A DNA stretch of 32,000 nt, taken from NCBI RefSeq assembly GCF_001017655.1, contig NZ_CP010904.1, positions 60,001 through 92,000 of the forward strand, written 5' to 3'. This DNA is from Kiritimatiella glycovorans (lineage in GTDB: Bacteria > Verrucomicrobiota > Kiritimatiellia > Kiritimatiellales > Kiritimatiellaceae). Each line of letters opens with the position of its first letter. Positions within the stretch are counted from its first letter, which is position 1. Below the pieces are notes generated by a model. The model searched no databases. It was not told the origin of the DNA and saw only the letters and a program-made list of their open reading frames with translations. Shown one piece after another: positions 23,847 through 32,000 of the stretch. The translations under genes and the position numbers were made by a program.

Positions 23847-26209
23847 GATGCGGTCTCCACGGCCGCTTCCGCCTCGCGCAGGAGGGAAGCGGCGGTCTCG
23901 CGGTCCGAGGGCGACTCGCCGATTTCAAGGTATCGCCGCGCCTGCCCGGCGGCCGCGTCATAGCGTTTCAGTTCGAGCATGAGCCTCGCGCTCTCCAGCA
24001 GAGCGCGGCCGATCCAGGGGCGCTGTTCGGGATCGGCCGGATCGCCGAGCAGCACGACCCGCTGGTACGAGGCGAGCCTTTCGCCGGGCTGCGACTGGAC
24101 CTCCGCCAGGTGAAACGAGGCGCGGACCGTCCACCCCGCATCGCGCACGCGCGAGAGGAGTTCGAGATAGGCGGTTTCCGCCGCCGCCCGGTCGCCCGAA
24201 GCCGAACAGGCCCGCCCCTGCAGGAACCGCGCCCGGGCATAGGCGTGAAAGCGGGGATACTCCGCGAGCAGTTCGCCGAGCCGCGCGGCCGCCGCGCCGA
24301 ATCGACCCGCCTCGAGCAGGGCCTCTCCCTCCCCGTACAGGGCCGCGGCGCGGCGGTCGGCGTCGCCGGTCCCGGTACGCACTGCGCGAAACAGTTTTAC
24401 GGCGCACTCGTGGCGGCCGTGGTCCGCGAGCATCCGCGCCGCCTCGAGCCCCTCCGCCGCTTCCATGTTTTTCGCATCGCCGGCCAGCTTTTCGACCATG
24501 GGGCGGAGGGTTTCTTCGGAGCCTGTCTCCAGTGCGGCCCTGAGCGCGGGCACGCGGGCGCGGCGCGCCGCGGTCGAATCGGGACGGGAGGCGAGCAGCC
24601 GGTCGAAGACCTCCAGGGCCTGCCCGGCCTCGCCGGAATCCAGCAGGATACATCCCGCCCGCCGCAGCGCCGTGGAGGCCTCCGGCGTACCGCGATCATC
24701 GCGCGCCGCGTCCAGAAGCACCTTCACGGCCTCGGGTTTCTCGTCTGCGAGCACGAGCGCCGCCGCCTGTCGAAGCGCGGCTTTCCCCGCATCGGGGCTC
24801 CCGATGCGCCGCGCAAGCTGTCCAGCCGCCGCGAACGACTCCGCGGCCGCGGCGTGTTGTCCGGCCGCGGACCGCGCTTCTCCCCGCGCCAGCCGCGCGC
24901 GGAGCCGCTCCGCGTCATTCGTCGCCCGGCGGGCCAGGACGCCGAGCCACTCAGCCGACGCCTGATGATCCCGTCGGCGCACGGACTCCCACGCGAGGGC
25001 GCGAAGCGCGTGTCCGGCCTCGTCGCAGTCGGGGTGGGTGCGGCACAGCCGGCCCCAGACGCGGGCGGCCGCGGGCCAGCTCCCCGCCTCGTGATGCAGC
25101 GTGCCGAGGGTCAACAGGGCGGCGGGGTGCTGCGGATGTTCGGGAAACTCCGCGGCGAACTGCCGGCAGGCGGCGATGGCGGGTTCGAACGCCCCGAGTT
25201 TCCGGCAGCGCACGGCGGTTCGCAGGAGAATGCGCGGGGTTTCGGGTCGCCGCCCGAACCGCTCGGCGAGGTAGCGGATGGCCGCGCGGGCGTCGTTCGG
25301 ACGATCCTTATGAACGCGACAGACGGCGAAGTTCCCGAGTGCGGCCGGGACCTCCGCGGCCTCCGGCCAGCGGACGAGCGCCTTTTCATAGTGACGGTCC
25401 GCCGTATCGTACGACTCGCGCAGGAAGGCGCGGTCGGAGCGCGCATACGCGGCTTCGGCCAGATTCTCCGTATAGGCGCCCAGCGATACGGAGACCTCCC
25501 GGCCCATCGCGGTCAACCGCCCGCGCACCCGTTCCGCGCCGCGGCGGGCCTCGTCCGCCCATACGCTCCCGGGATAGCCGGCGCAGGCGGTCAGATACGC
25601 GCGCAGGGCGCGGCAGAGCCGCTCTGCGGTCTCCTGTGTACTCCGGCATACAGCAGCCTCCTTCTCGTGGCTCCGGCCCTGAATCGTCCACGCGCCCGCG
25701 GACGGGTGCCGCTCCGGTGACGCCCCCGACGAATCGAGCGCCGCTTCGAGGCGGCGGAACAGCGGTCGATGCTGAAGAAGCGTCTCGACCGCCTCGCCGG
25801 TTTGATCGCGCAACAGCATAATGCGGGCCCAGGTCACCAGGGATCTCGCATACCACCGATCTCCGCCGCCGAGCTGGACGCGGCGGCACAGGGTCCGCGC
25901 CTCCTCCAGCAGAGCGTCGGCGTCTTCCGTGTCGAGGGCTTCGGCACGGTCGAGCAGCACTTCGGCCAGCTCCGTTCGCGCGGTTCTACACAGCGCGGGG
26001 CGGGACGATGCGGTCTCGACCACCCGGCGGTACGCCTCCGCGGCACCCTGCAGATCGCCCCTCGCACCGCGCTCGCGCGCTGCGCTCAAAAGGGCGGTCT
26101 CCTCCGCGGCCGGCGACGCCAGGGCGATCAGCAGCCACGCCGCCCGGCACGCACCGCGGACGAGCAGCAGGGGATAACGGGATCGGGAGGGGTGAAATGC
26201 GGCCTTCAT
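23843..26209 (-). CDS. Large secreted tetratricopeptide-repeat (TPR) protein, first gene of the ExbBD operon
   Basis: N-terminal signal peptide (LLIALASPAAEE). 788 aa of repeated A-x-x-x-Y/A-x-A helical-hairpin patterns (e.g. AAEAYRRVVE, ADRHYEKALVRWPE, AIAACRQFAAEFPEHP). Coding periodicity is consistent on this strand. Confidence 0.7.
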   Translation of the reverse strand: MKAAFHPSRSRYPLLLVRGACRAAWLLIALASPAAEETALLSAARERGARGDLQGAAEAYRRVVETASSRPALCRTARTELAEVLLDRAEALDTEDADALLEEARTLCRRVQLGGGDRWYARSLVTWARIMLLRDQTGEAVETLLQHRPLFRRLEAALDSSGASPERHPSAGAWTIQGRSHEKEAAVCRSTQETAERLCRALRAYLTACAGYPGSVWADEARRGAERVRGRLTAMGREVSVSLGAYTENLAEAAYARSDRAFLRESYDTADRHYEKALVRWPEAAEVPAALGNFAVCRVHKDRPNDARAAIRYLAERFGRRPETPRILLRTAVRCRKLGAFEPAIAACRQFAAEFPEHPQHPAALLTLGTLHHEAGSWPAAARVWGRLCRTHPDCDEAGHALRALAWESVRRRDHQASAEWLGVLARRATNDAERLRARLARGEARSAAGQHAAAAESFAAAGQLARRIGSPDAGKAALRQAAALVLADEKPEAVKVLLDAARDDRGTPEASTALRRAGCILLDSGEAGQALEVFDRLLASRPDSTAARRARVPALRAALETGSEETLRPMVEKLAGDAKNMEAAEGLEAARMLADHGRHECAVKLFRAVRTGTGDADRRAAALYGEGEALLEAGRFGAAAARLGELLAEYPRFHAYARARFLQGRACSASGDRAAAETAYLELLSRVRDAGWTVRASFHLAEVQSQPGERLASYQRVVLLGDPADPEQRPWIGRALLESARLMLELKRYDAAAGQARRYLEIGESPSDRETAASLLREAEAAVETAS

Positions 26210-26327
26210 GCGTTGCGAACCTACCGCAACCCCGCGGGATGTAAAGTTAGCATGTGGTTAATAATGAACGGTTTACATACAATCGTATTCATGGCCGCCG
26301 CGGGGCGGCGACTATTTTCTGGCCGGA

Positions 26328-26924
26328 ATGCCGCCGGGCCGGTATGATTACTTTATGAACGCGAAGGCTGGTATGAGGGCATGTATTTACGAGACCGACG
26401 CGGACGGCGTGCTCGTGTCGGCGTGTGGAGACTGGGACCGGTTCGCGGGAAGCAACGATGCGCCGCAGTGCCGATCCGAGCGCATGGTCGGAAAACCGCT
26501 TATGGACTTCATCCGTCACGAGGGCACGCAGGCCGTATACCAGGCCCTGATCGAGAGGGCGTGTCAGAGTGAAGCTCCGCTGGAGTTTCCGTTCCGCTGC
26601 GACGCGCCGGACCTGATCCGCGAGATGTGGATGCGTATGGAAGCCGGCGAGCACGGCGGGGTGCGTTTTACCAGTTCCGTGATCAGCGAGCGGAGCCGGA
26701 AGAAAATATCGCTGCTCGACGCGAGCATCCCGCATGCGAAGGACGAACTCGTGCACGTGTGCGGCTGGTGCAAGAAGATCAGGACGCCGGAGGGATGGGC
26801 CGAGCTTGAAGACGGCGTCCGGCGGATGGGCCTGTTCCACTGCGCGTGCGTGCCGCGCGTCTCGCACGGCATGTGCGAACAGTGTTGCGACACCATCGCT
26901 GCGCGTTTCGGTCTCTCGGCATGA
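26328..26924 (+). CDS. PAS-like sensor domain protein with a C-terminal CxxC...HGxCxxC motif
   Basis: The N-terminal roughly 120 aa has a PAS-like pattern (ETDADGVLVSACGDWDRFAG..MVGKPLMDFI..FPFRCDAP..RWMRME). The C-terminus is VCGWCKKIRTPEGWAELEDGV..VSHGMCEQCC. The start is uncertain: in-frame ATGs at 26328, 26355 and 26373, of which the last has a GAAGG upstream. Confidence 0.6.
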   Translation: MPPGRYDYFMNAKAGMRACIYETDADGVLVSACGDWDRFAGSNDAPQCRSERMVGKPLMDFIRHEGTQAVYQALIERACQSEAPLEFPFRCDAPDLIREMWMRMEAGEHGGVRFTSSVISERSRKKISLLDASIPHAKDELVHVCGWCKKIRTPEGWAELEDGVRRMGLFHCACVPRVSHGMCEQCCDTIAARFGLSA

Positions 26925-27664
26925 CCGTCCCCGCGGAACTGGTGAGTATCGGCAGCGAACTGCTCAGCGGTCGTACGGTCAATACGCATGCGCAGACGCT
27001 GGGTGCGGCGCTTCTTCCGCTCGGCCTGCGGCTCGAGCGCGACACCACGATCCCCGACGGGACGGCCGTCATCGCCGAAACCGTGGGAGATGCCCTGGCC
27101 CGCGTGCCGCTGGTTTTTGTCAGCGGCGGCCTCGGACCTACCGCCGACGATGTGACCTGCGAGGCTCTGGCCTCGCTGCTGGGCCGGGACATCCTCGAAG
27201 ACCCGGGCGCACTGGAATCGATGCGACGCAAATACGCGCAGCGCGGACGCGCAATGAATACGGTTTCCCGCCGCCAGGCCCGCGTGCTCCGCGGGGCGGC
27301 GGCGGTCGAAAACCCGCGCGGCATGGCCCCCGGTCAGCGTATCGAACTGGAGGGGGAACGCATACTTTTCGTGCTGCCGGGACCGTCCCGCGAATTCGCG
27401 GCGATGCTGGACCAGTCGATCCTCCCGTTTCTGAGCGAGCGCTATGCCGGGAAGTCCCCGCGCCCGGTCAGGATCATCCACACCGAAGGACTGGGCGAGT
27501 CGGAGATCGTCGAACGGCTGGAACGTGAAAACCTCCCGCCCCCGGAGATCCAAACCGCCTTCTACGCCGGAAACGGGCGGGTGGAAATTCTGCTCAGTTG
27601 CGGTCCGGGGGATGAAAGCCTGCTGGAAGCGACGGCGTGCCGGTTCCGCACGCTGCTTTCCTGA
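26921..27664 (+). CDS. cinA: CinA-like molybdopterin-binding (MoCF_BD) domain protein
   Basis: From the ATG at 26921, which overlaps the previous stop: AELVSIGSELLSGRTVNTHAQTLG..VFVSGGLGPTADDVT..PGPSREF, the typical CinA N-terminal domain. No C-terminal PncC deamidase domain (247 aa). Confidence 0.8.
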   Translation: MTVPAELVSIGSELLSGRTVNTHAQTLGAALLPLGLRLERDTTIPDGTAVIAETVGDALARVPLVFVSGGLGPTADDVTCEALASLLGRDILEDPGALESMRRKYAQRGRAMNTVSRRQARVLRGAAAVENPRGMAPGQRIELEGERILFVLPGPSREFAAMLDQSILPFLSERYAGKSPRPVRIIHTEGLGESEIVERLERENLPPPEIQTAFYAGNGRVEILLSCGPGDESLLEATACRFRTLLS

Positions 27665-27697
27665 TTCATCCCGCCATTACAATTAAGTGAGGGGAGG

Positions 27698-28261
27698 ATG
27701 CATCGACTTTTTATTGCCGCACCCGTACCGGATGAAGTGCGCCGGCGTATGGCGCTGGTGCAGCGGGCGCTCGAAGAGAATCTGGCGGGCCGCGCGAAGG
27801 TGAAGTGGACCCGCGAGGAAGGCATCCATCTGACGCTCGCCTTTCTGGGAGACACGGAGAAGGAGTGTATTGCGCCTCTCGAGGCGGCGCTTTCCGAGGC
27901 GCTCAACCCGCTGGAGCCCTTCGAGTGCCGCCTGGGCCAACCGGGCTGGTTCGGCCCGAAGCGTTCCCCCCGCGTACTCTGGGTGGGGATACGCGATACG
28001 GAACGATTGTGCGCGCTCCAGAAAGTCGTCGCCGACGCCTGCCGCGCGCAGGGGTTCGAACTGGAACCGCGTCCGTTTCATCCCCATCTCACCCTCGGCC
28101 GTGTGAAGGGCGGGCGTGACCGCGCCGCGGCGGCACATGTGATGAAAAGCGAAATCACGGTCCCCGGCAAAGTCATTCCCGTTCACGCCGTGGAGCTGAT
28201 GGAGAGCACGCGGACTCCCGCCGGAGCGCGTTATGAGGTCCTGAAGCGCATTGCTCTGTAG
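27698..28261 (+). CDS. thpR: RNA 2',3'-cyclic phosphodiesterase (2H phosphoesterase, LigT/ThpR)
   Basis: Two H-x-T-x motifs (IHLTLAFLG and FHPHLTLGRV) at the expected spacing. 187 aa. Confidence 0.85.
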   Translation: MHRLFIAAPVPDEVRRRMALVQRALEENLAGRAKVKWTREEGIHLTLAFLGDTEKECIAPLEAALSEALNPLEPFECRLGQPGWFGPKRSPRVLWVGIRDTERLCALQKVVADACRAQGFELEPRPFHPHLTLGRVKGGRDRAAAAHVMKSEITVPGKVIPVHAVELMESTRTPAGARYEVLKRIAL

Positions 28262-28270
28262 AACCGCGTA

Positions 28271-28298
28271 TTGACACCCCCCCGCCGATCCGTACAAT
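28271..28298 (+). promoter_or_regulatory. Near-consensus sigma70 promoter for tRNA-Phe (TTGACA-N16-TACAAT)
   Basis: TTGACA at 28271-28276, a 16-nt spacer, TACAAT at 28293-28298, 29 nt upstream of the tRNA 5' end. Confidence 0.55.
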
Positions 28299-28326
28299 GC
28301 CTCTTCTCTTTCAACGGGTTCCGTGA

Positions 28327-28402
28327 GGCGAGATAGCTCAGTTGGTAGAGCAGAGGATTGAAAATCCTTGTGTCCCCGGTTCGATTCCGGGTCTCGCCAC
28401 CA
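28327..28402 (+). tRNA. tRNA-Phe: tRNA-Phe (anticodon GAA), CCA encoded
   Basis: Cloverleaf read by hand. Acceptor GGCGAGA/TCTCGCC. D arm GCTC-AGTTGGTA-GAGC. Anticodon arm GAGGA-TTGAAAA-TCCTT (GAA). T arm CCCGG-TTCGATT-CCGGG. Discriminator A plus CCA. Confidence 0.9.
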
Positions 28403-28469
28403 GCCTTCGCTCCTGCGGAGCTTCGGCCGGCGCGCCAGGGGGATGCTTCCGGATCAAGGCAGGTGCCTG

Positions 28470-29099
28470 ATGACTGAACCCCTGATCCCAAAGCACGGCG
28501 GATACCGAAACCTGAAGAGTTTCCAGGTGGCTGAGGTTGTCTATGACCTGACGGTCCGGTTCTGCGAGAAGTACATCGATCGGTTCAGCCGGACGCGCGA
28601 CCAGATGGTACAGGCCGCGCGCAGCGGGCGGCAGAATAGTGCCGAAGGCAGCATGGCTTCGGCGACCTCGAAAAAGACGGAACTCAAGTTGACCGGTGTC
28701 GCCAAGGCCAGCCTCGAAGAACTCCGACTGGACTACGAAGACTACCTGCGCCAGCACAATCTCCCGATCCGGGATCGCAACGATCCCCGCCGGGTGGCGC
28801 TGATCGGCGCCCGGCCAGCAAGCGCGGACGATGTTGCAACCTGGGCGGTTGCCGTGAAGAGTGGACATTGCGGACCGCATGGACAAGACGGACACGCACT
28901 CGGTTCCGCGTCCACCGGGTCCACAATGTCCACAGAGTCCGCTTTCCCTGAAATCGCCGCGAACGGCGCGCTTGCCCTGATTGCGGTGAGCACCAGCCTT
29001 CTGGACCGCCGGATGAAGGCGCAGGCCAGGGCTTTCGAAGAGGACGGCGGGTTCACCGAGCGCCTTTACAGAACCCGCACACGAAGAAGGAACACGTAG
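28470..29099 (+). CDS. Four-helix-bundle protein (23S rRNA intervening-sequence protein / Avd-like family) with C-terminal extension
   Basis: From the ATG at 28470: YRNLKSFQVAEVVYDLTVRFCEKYI..RDQMVQAARSGRQNSAEGS..ASLEELRLDYEDYLRQ, the typical four-helix-bundle family plus suffix domain. The 28368 start in the track would overlap the tRNA. Confidence 0.65.
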   Translation: MTEPLIPKHGGYRNLKSFQVAEVVYDLTVRFCEKYIDRFSRTRDQMVQAARSGRQNSAEGSMASATSKKTELKLTGVAKASLEELRLDYEDYLRQHNLPIRDRNDPRRVALIGARPASADDVATWAVAVKSGHCGPHGQDGHALGSASTGSTMSTESAFPEIAANGALALIAVSTSLLDRRMKAQARAFEEDGGFTERLYRTRTRRRNT

Positions 29100-29196
29100 C
29101 CATTCATGGGCTTCCGCATAGCAGATACATTCGCCGACAGCAGGGGCTGGTCAACACAGGACCTGTACGTCCGTGATCGACACCGTGGGCTCAGGC

Positions 29197-29222
29197 GGCG
29201 TCAACCGATTCCGGTTGACGCC
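29197..29222. terminator. Strong 11-bp hairpin between convergent genes (candidate bidirectional terminator)
   Basis: GGCGTCAACCG-ATTC-CGGTTGACGCC, a perfect stem. It lies between the four-helix-bundle gene (+) and the MFS gene (-). There is no clear U-tract. Confidence 0.45.
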
Positions 29223-29259
29223 CGGTAGAGCACATTGACGGTGCAGCGAGCGTTGGGCA

Positions 29260-30429
29260 TCAGGCACTTTTCTTTTTGCGCTGTCCCGCGGCGTAGATCG
29301 CGAGCACGACAGCGCCGGCGCACGAGACGGCCGCGGCGGTGCCGATGGAAACGAAGTAACGGCCCGTCAGTTCGAAGAGCATCCCGCCCGCGGTCGGTCC
29401 CGCAATCCCCGAAAAGCCGTAGGCGAGGAAGACCAAGGGGTAGACCCGGGCCACGGCCTCGGGGCCGTACAGCGTTCCGAGGTGTGCGGCGTACACCACG
29501 AAACAGGAACCGAATCCGAAACCGATGCAGAACGCGGCAGCGACAAATCCGGCGTTCATGCCCGGCACCAGGTTGAGCGCGATCACCGCGACCGTGAGTA
29601 CGGCCAGGGAGAGCGGAATCGCGACCACGCCGGCGCGGTCGAGCACCCAGCCCCAGACAATCCGACCGAGGCCGTTGCCGATGGCGAATGCGCCGATCGC
29701 CATGGTGGCCTGAAGCGGATCGATACCGATCGAGAGGCCGATGGGTTTCAGGTTTCCGATCACCATCAGGCCCGCAAACGTCCCGCAGAACATCCCCGCG
29801 CAGAGCGTCCAGAACGGACGGCTCCGGAAGACCCCGGCCGGGATGGCTTGCTGCTCGGCCCCGCCGGTCGATTCCGGCACGTCGAGCAGCATCGCGCCGG
29901 CGATGATCAGCACCGTGTAGAGCGCCGCGATCCAGCCGAAAACCGCCAGCACGTCGATCCCCCGCGCGAGAATGTGTTCCGCCATCGAGGAGAGCACGAT
30001 CGCCCCGCAGCCGAACGCCGCCACCGAAACGCCCGTCACCAGCCCCTTGTGCTCGGGGAACCACTTCACGCACGTCGCGAGCGGGCAGACATACCCCATT
30101 CCGATACCGATTCCGCTGAGGACGCCGATGCCCAGGAGGATGTGCGCGAACCCTCCGCCGGAGAACGCCGCGTAGGCATAGCCGGCCCCGAACATGAGGC
30201 CCCCGGCGGCGGCGACCGGACGCGGCCCCGTCCGGCTCTGTGCCCGGCCCGCGAAGATCATCGCCACCGTGAACACGATAATCGTCGTTCCGAAAATGAG
30301 TTGCGTCTGCACCGGCGAAAGACCGTAATCCGCGATGAGCGGAGGCACGAACGTGCTCCACGCATAGACCCCGCCGAGACATGCCTGAATGATAAGCGAT
30401 CCGACCAGCACCAGGTATTTCTTCGCCAT
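29260..30429 (-). CDS. MFS transporter, oxalate/formate antiporter (OFA)-like family
   Basis: From the ATG at 30429 (GGGAGGTGG RBS): MAKKYLVLVGSLIIQACLGGVYAWSTFVPPL.., a typical OFA N-terminus. About 12 predicted TM segments. The 30939 start in the track adds a non-membrane Arg/Ser-rich extension. Confidence 0.8.
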   Translation of the reverse strand: MAKKYLVLVGSLIIQACLGGVYAWSTFVPPLIADYGLSPVQTQLIFGTTIIVFTVAMIFAGRAQSRTGPRPVAAAGGLMFGAGYAYAAFSGGGFAHILLGIGVLSGIGIGMGYVCPLATCVKWFPEHKGLVTGVSVAAFGCGAIVLSSMAEHILARGIDVLAVFGWIAALYTVLIIAGAMLLDVPESTGGAEQQAIPAGVFRSRPFWTLCAGMFCGTFAGLMVIGNLKPIGLSIGIDPLQATMAIGAFAIGNGLGRIVWGWVLDRAGVVAIPLSLAVLTVAVIALNLVPGMNAGFVAAAFCIGFGFGSCFVVYAAHLGTLYGPEAVARVYPLVFLAYGFSGIAGPTAGGMLFELTGRYFVSIGTAAAVSCAGAVVLAIYAAGQRKKKSA

Positions 30430-30589
30430 GCCGTCCACCTCCCGAAAGGTTGATATTGCGGCGGAGTCAACCAGACCTCCGCGGCCAAATCCAGCATAAT
30501 GGTTCGGAGGGCCGGCAATTGCGATGGACAGACGGCGGCGGGATCGTGTTTGATGGGCCTCCATATCGGAAGCTGGCCGGGGGCATCGC

Positions 30590-31633
30590 GTGACCTCTTT
30601 GGAGTTCGGAAAAGTATTGATGGGCGACAGGGCGCTGCTGCGGGAGTCCGCGGAACGTTTCGTGCGGATACCCGTGGATCTCGACCTCGGCTCGGATGAA
30701 CCGGTGGCAGCCCCCGGCCCGCAGTGCACCCTCGACGAACCCGTCACCCTCTCCGGCCCGGGCACGTTTTCGCACAAAGGCACGACCACCGTCCGCCTGG
30801 AACCCACGGACGGTCCGGGCTGGTGGCTCAACCGCAGCGATATCCCCGACGCACTGCCGCTGCGGGTCTCGGTCCGGAACGTCTGGACGACGGGCGCCAT
30901 CGTCAGCAACATCGTGCTGCGCAGCGGCCCGCCGAGCAATTACGTGCGCATGGTTGAACACATCATTGCCCTGCGCTACGGCCTGGGCGTGGACAACCTG
31001 ATGATCCGCATCGATTCCGGGGACCCCCCGCTGTTCAACCAGGGCAGTATGAATATCGTCGAGGCCCTCGACGCCGGAGGCCGCCGCGAACAGTCGCGTC
31101 CGCGGAATTTCGTGACGGTGAAAGAACCGGTAACGGTGGTCGGAAGTCACGGCCAGTTTCTCCATGTCGCCCCCTGCACGGGCTCGGTGCCCGCGTTCAA
31201 CGCCGATTGCGCCCTCGCCTTCCCCAATGCCATCGGCGATCAGCGTATACGGTTTCCCGTAACCGGCCCCCACGTGCGTCACGGGGCCGTGGCACGCACG
31301 AACACCACCTTCGCCAGGATGCTGTACTGCCGGAGTATCGGTAAAATTTTTGCCAACATCCGCAACCTGGGCTACACCCGCGAAAACATCCTGATCGCGG
31401 GACGCAACCGCTACGTCAACGAACCGCGCCTGGTCCACGAGGGCAAGTCGCTCGAGGCGGCGTGGCACCGGGGCGTCCTCGACCTGCTGGCCGCTTTCTC
31501 GCTTATCGAGGACGGCCTGTTCGTCGGCGACGTAACCTCCTATAAGGCCGGCCACCGCCTGGACGTGGCCCTGATCACCCGCCTCTACCTGCAGGATCTG
31601 CTGACACCGTATACCCCGGGGGGCGGCGCATGA
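30590..31633 (+). CDS. Divergent LpxC-family (UDP-3-O-acyl-GlcNAc deacetylase-like) protein
   Basis: It aligns by eye to E. coli LpxC blocks. RMVEHIIALRYGLGVDN matches STVEHLNAALAGLGIDN. ARTNTTF matches ARTFGF. WHRGVLDLL matches VRHKMLDAI. YKAGH matches YKSGH. IPIMDGSA is replaced by PPLFNQGS. The start may be GTG at 30590 or ATG at 30620. Confidence 0.6.
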   Translation: MTSLEFGKVLMGDRALLRESAERFVRIPVDLDLGSDEPVAAPGPQCTLDEPVTLSGPGTFSHKGTTTVRLEPTDGPGWWLNRSDIPDALPLRVSVRNVWTTGAIVSNIVLRSGPPSNYVRMVEHIIALRYGLGVDNLMIRIDSGDPPLFNQGSMNIVEALDAGGRREQSRPRNFVTVKEPVTVVGSHGQFLHVAPCTGSVPAFNADCALAFPNAIGDQRIRFPVTGPHVRHGAVARTNTTFARMLYCRSIGKIFANIRNLGYTRENILIAGRNRYVNEPRLVHEGKSLEAAWHRGVLDLLAAFSLIEDGLFVGDVTSYKAGHRLDVALITRLYLQDLLTPYTPGGGA

Positions 31634-32000
31634 ACGACCTCGGCATCTCCCTTGAAGACTCGGTCATTGTCGTGCCGACGTTCAACGAGCGCCAGAACGT
31701 CCGCCCGCTGGCGGCCGAGGTCTTCCGCCACTACCCGGATGCGCACCTTCTCTTCGTCGACGACAGCTCGCCGGACGGGACCGGGGAGCTGCTGGATGAA
31801 ATGTCGGCCGACGACGAGCGCGTACACGTGCTCCACCGCGCGGACAAAAACGGCCTAGGGCGCGCCTACATCGCCGGCTTCAAATGGGCGCTGGAACGGG
31901 CGTATGAATTCGTATTCGAAATGGACGCCGATTTCTCGCATTCGCCGGAGGAACTGGGTGAACTCCGGCGCGGGGTGGAGGACGCCGATCTCGCGCTCGG
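31630..32000 (+). CDS. GT2 polyprenol-phosphate mannosyltransferase (Dpm1/Ppm1-like), 3' end outside the window
   Basis: Hand translation from the ATG at 31630, which overlaps the previous stop (ATGA): MNDLGISLEDSVIVVPTFNERQNVRPL..LLFVDDSSPDGTGELL..VLHRADKNGLGRAYIAGF..FEMDADFSH. The frame is open to the window end, so it is absent from the ORF track. Confidence 0.8.
   Translation, partial: MNDLGISLEDSVIVVPTFNERQNVRPLAAEVFRHYPDAHLLFVDDSSPDGTGELLDEMSADDERVHVLHRADKNGLGRAYIAGFKWALERAYEFVFEMDADFSHSPEELGELRRGVEDADLAL

Overview
High-GC bacterial chromosomal segment. The gene content (sulfatase, GH5/GH65, ExbB/ExbD plus TPR proteins, a prenyltransferase-repeat protein) suggests a PVC-type organism such as Kiritimatiellota, Verrucomicrobiota or Lentisphaerota; that placement is inference only. 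All calls come from reading motifs by eye; no searches were run.

Backbone, left to right:
- infB (3' part)-rbfA-truB-ribF translation/maturation cluster
- LonC-like AAA+ serine protease
- CaCA-type cation antiporter
- pyrG
- small glycan cluster: HAD phosphatase, a beta-phosphoglucomutase::GH65 phosphorylase fusion, and a secreted GH5
- truncated sulfatase and a decayed pectate-lyase-like remnant
- six-gene minus-strand operon: TPR protein, small TPR-like lipoprotein, ExbB, ExbD, ExbD, and a TonB-like anchor fused to a prenyltransferase/squalene-cyclase-repeat domain
- PAS-like protein with a C-terminal Cys/His motif
- cinA-like, thpR, tRNA-Phe, a four-helix-bundle (23S-IVS/Avd-like) protein, an OFA-type MFS transporter
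- divergent LpxC-like deacetylase translationally coupled to a Dpm1-like GT2 (runs off the window)

The accessory part is 14.4-18.7 kb. It holds an IS110-family transposase and a complete group II intron (RT/maturase plus recognisable domain V). The intron sits antisense, 90 nt upstream of the transposase ATG. The block is bracketed by two direct copies of a repeat.

The most unusual signal is that repeat: a modular intergenic family with four copies (about 6.63-6.83, 8.65-8.90, 14.40-14.58 and 18.40-18.70 kb). Each copy is built from these modules:
- inverted (CGTACT)n/(AGTACG)n hexamer arrays around a GCGCC-GAA-GGCGC hairpin core
- a hypervariable hexanucleotide array
- a 9-bp-periodic box that keeps a tiny ORF (MK..MKVG-stop) open in all three copies that carry it
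- a shared terminal 18-mer

These copies sit at gene ends. One appears to truncate the sulfatase, and one is flanked by a scrambled duplicate of the HAD gene 3' end.

The many long antisense ORFs in the six-frame track are high-GC shadow frames and were rejected.
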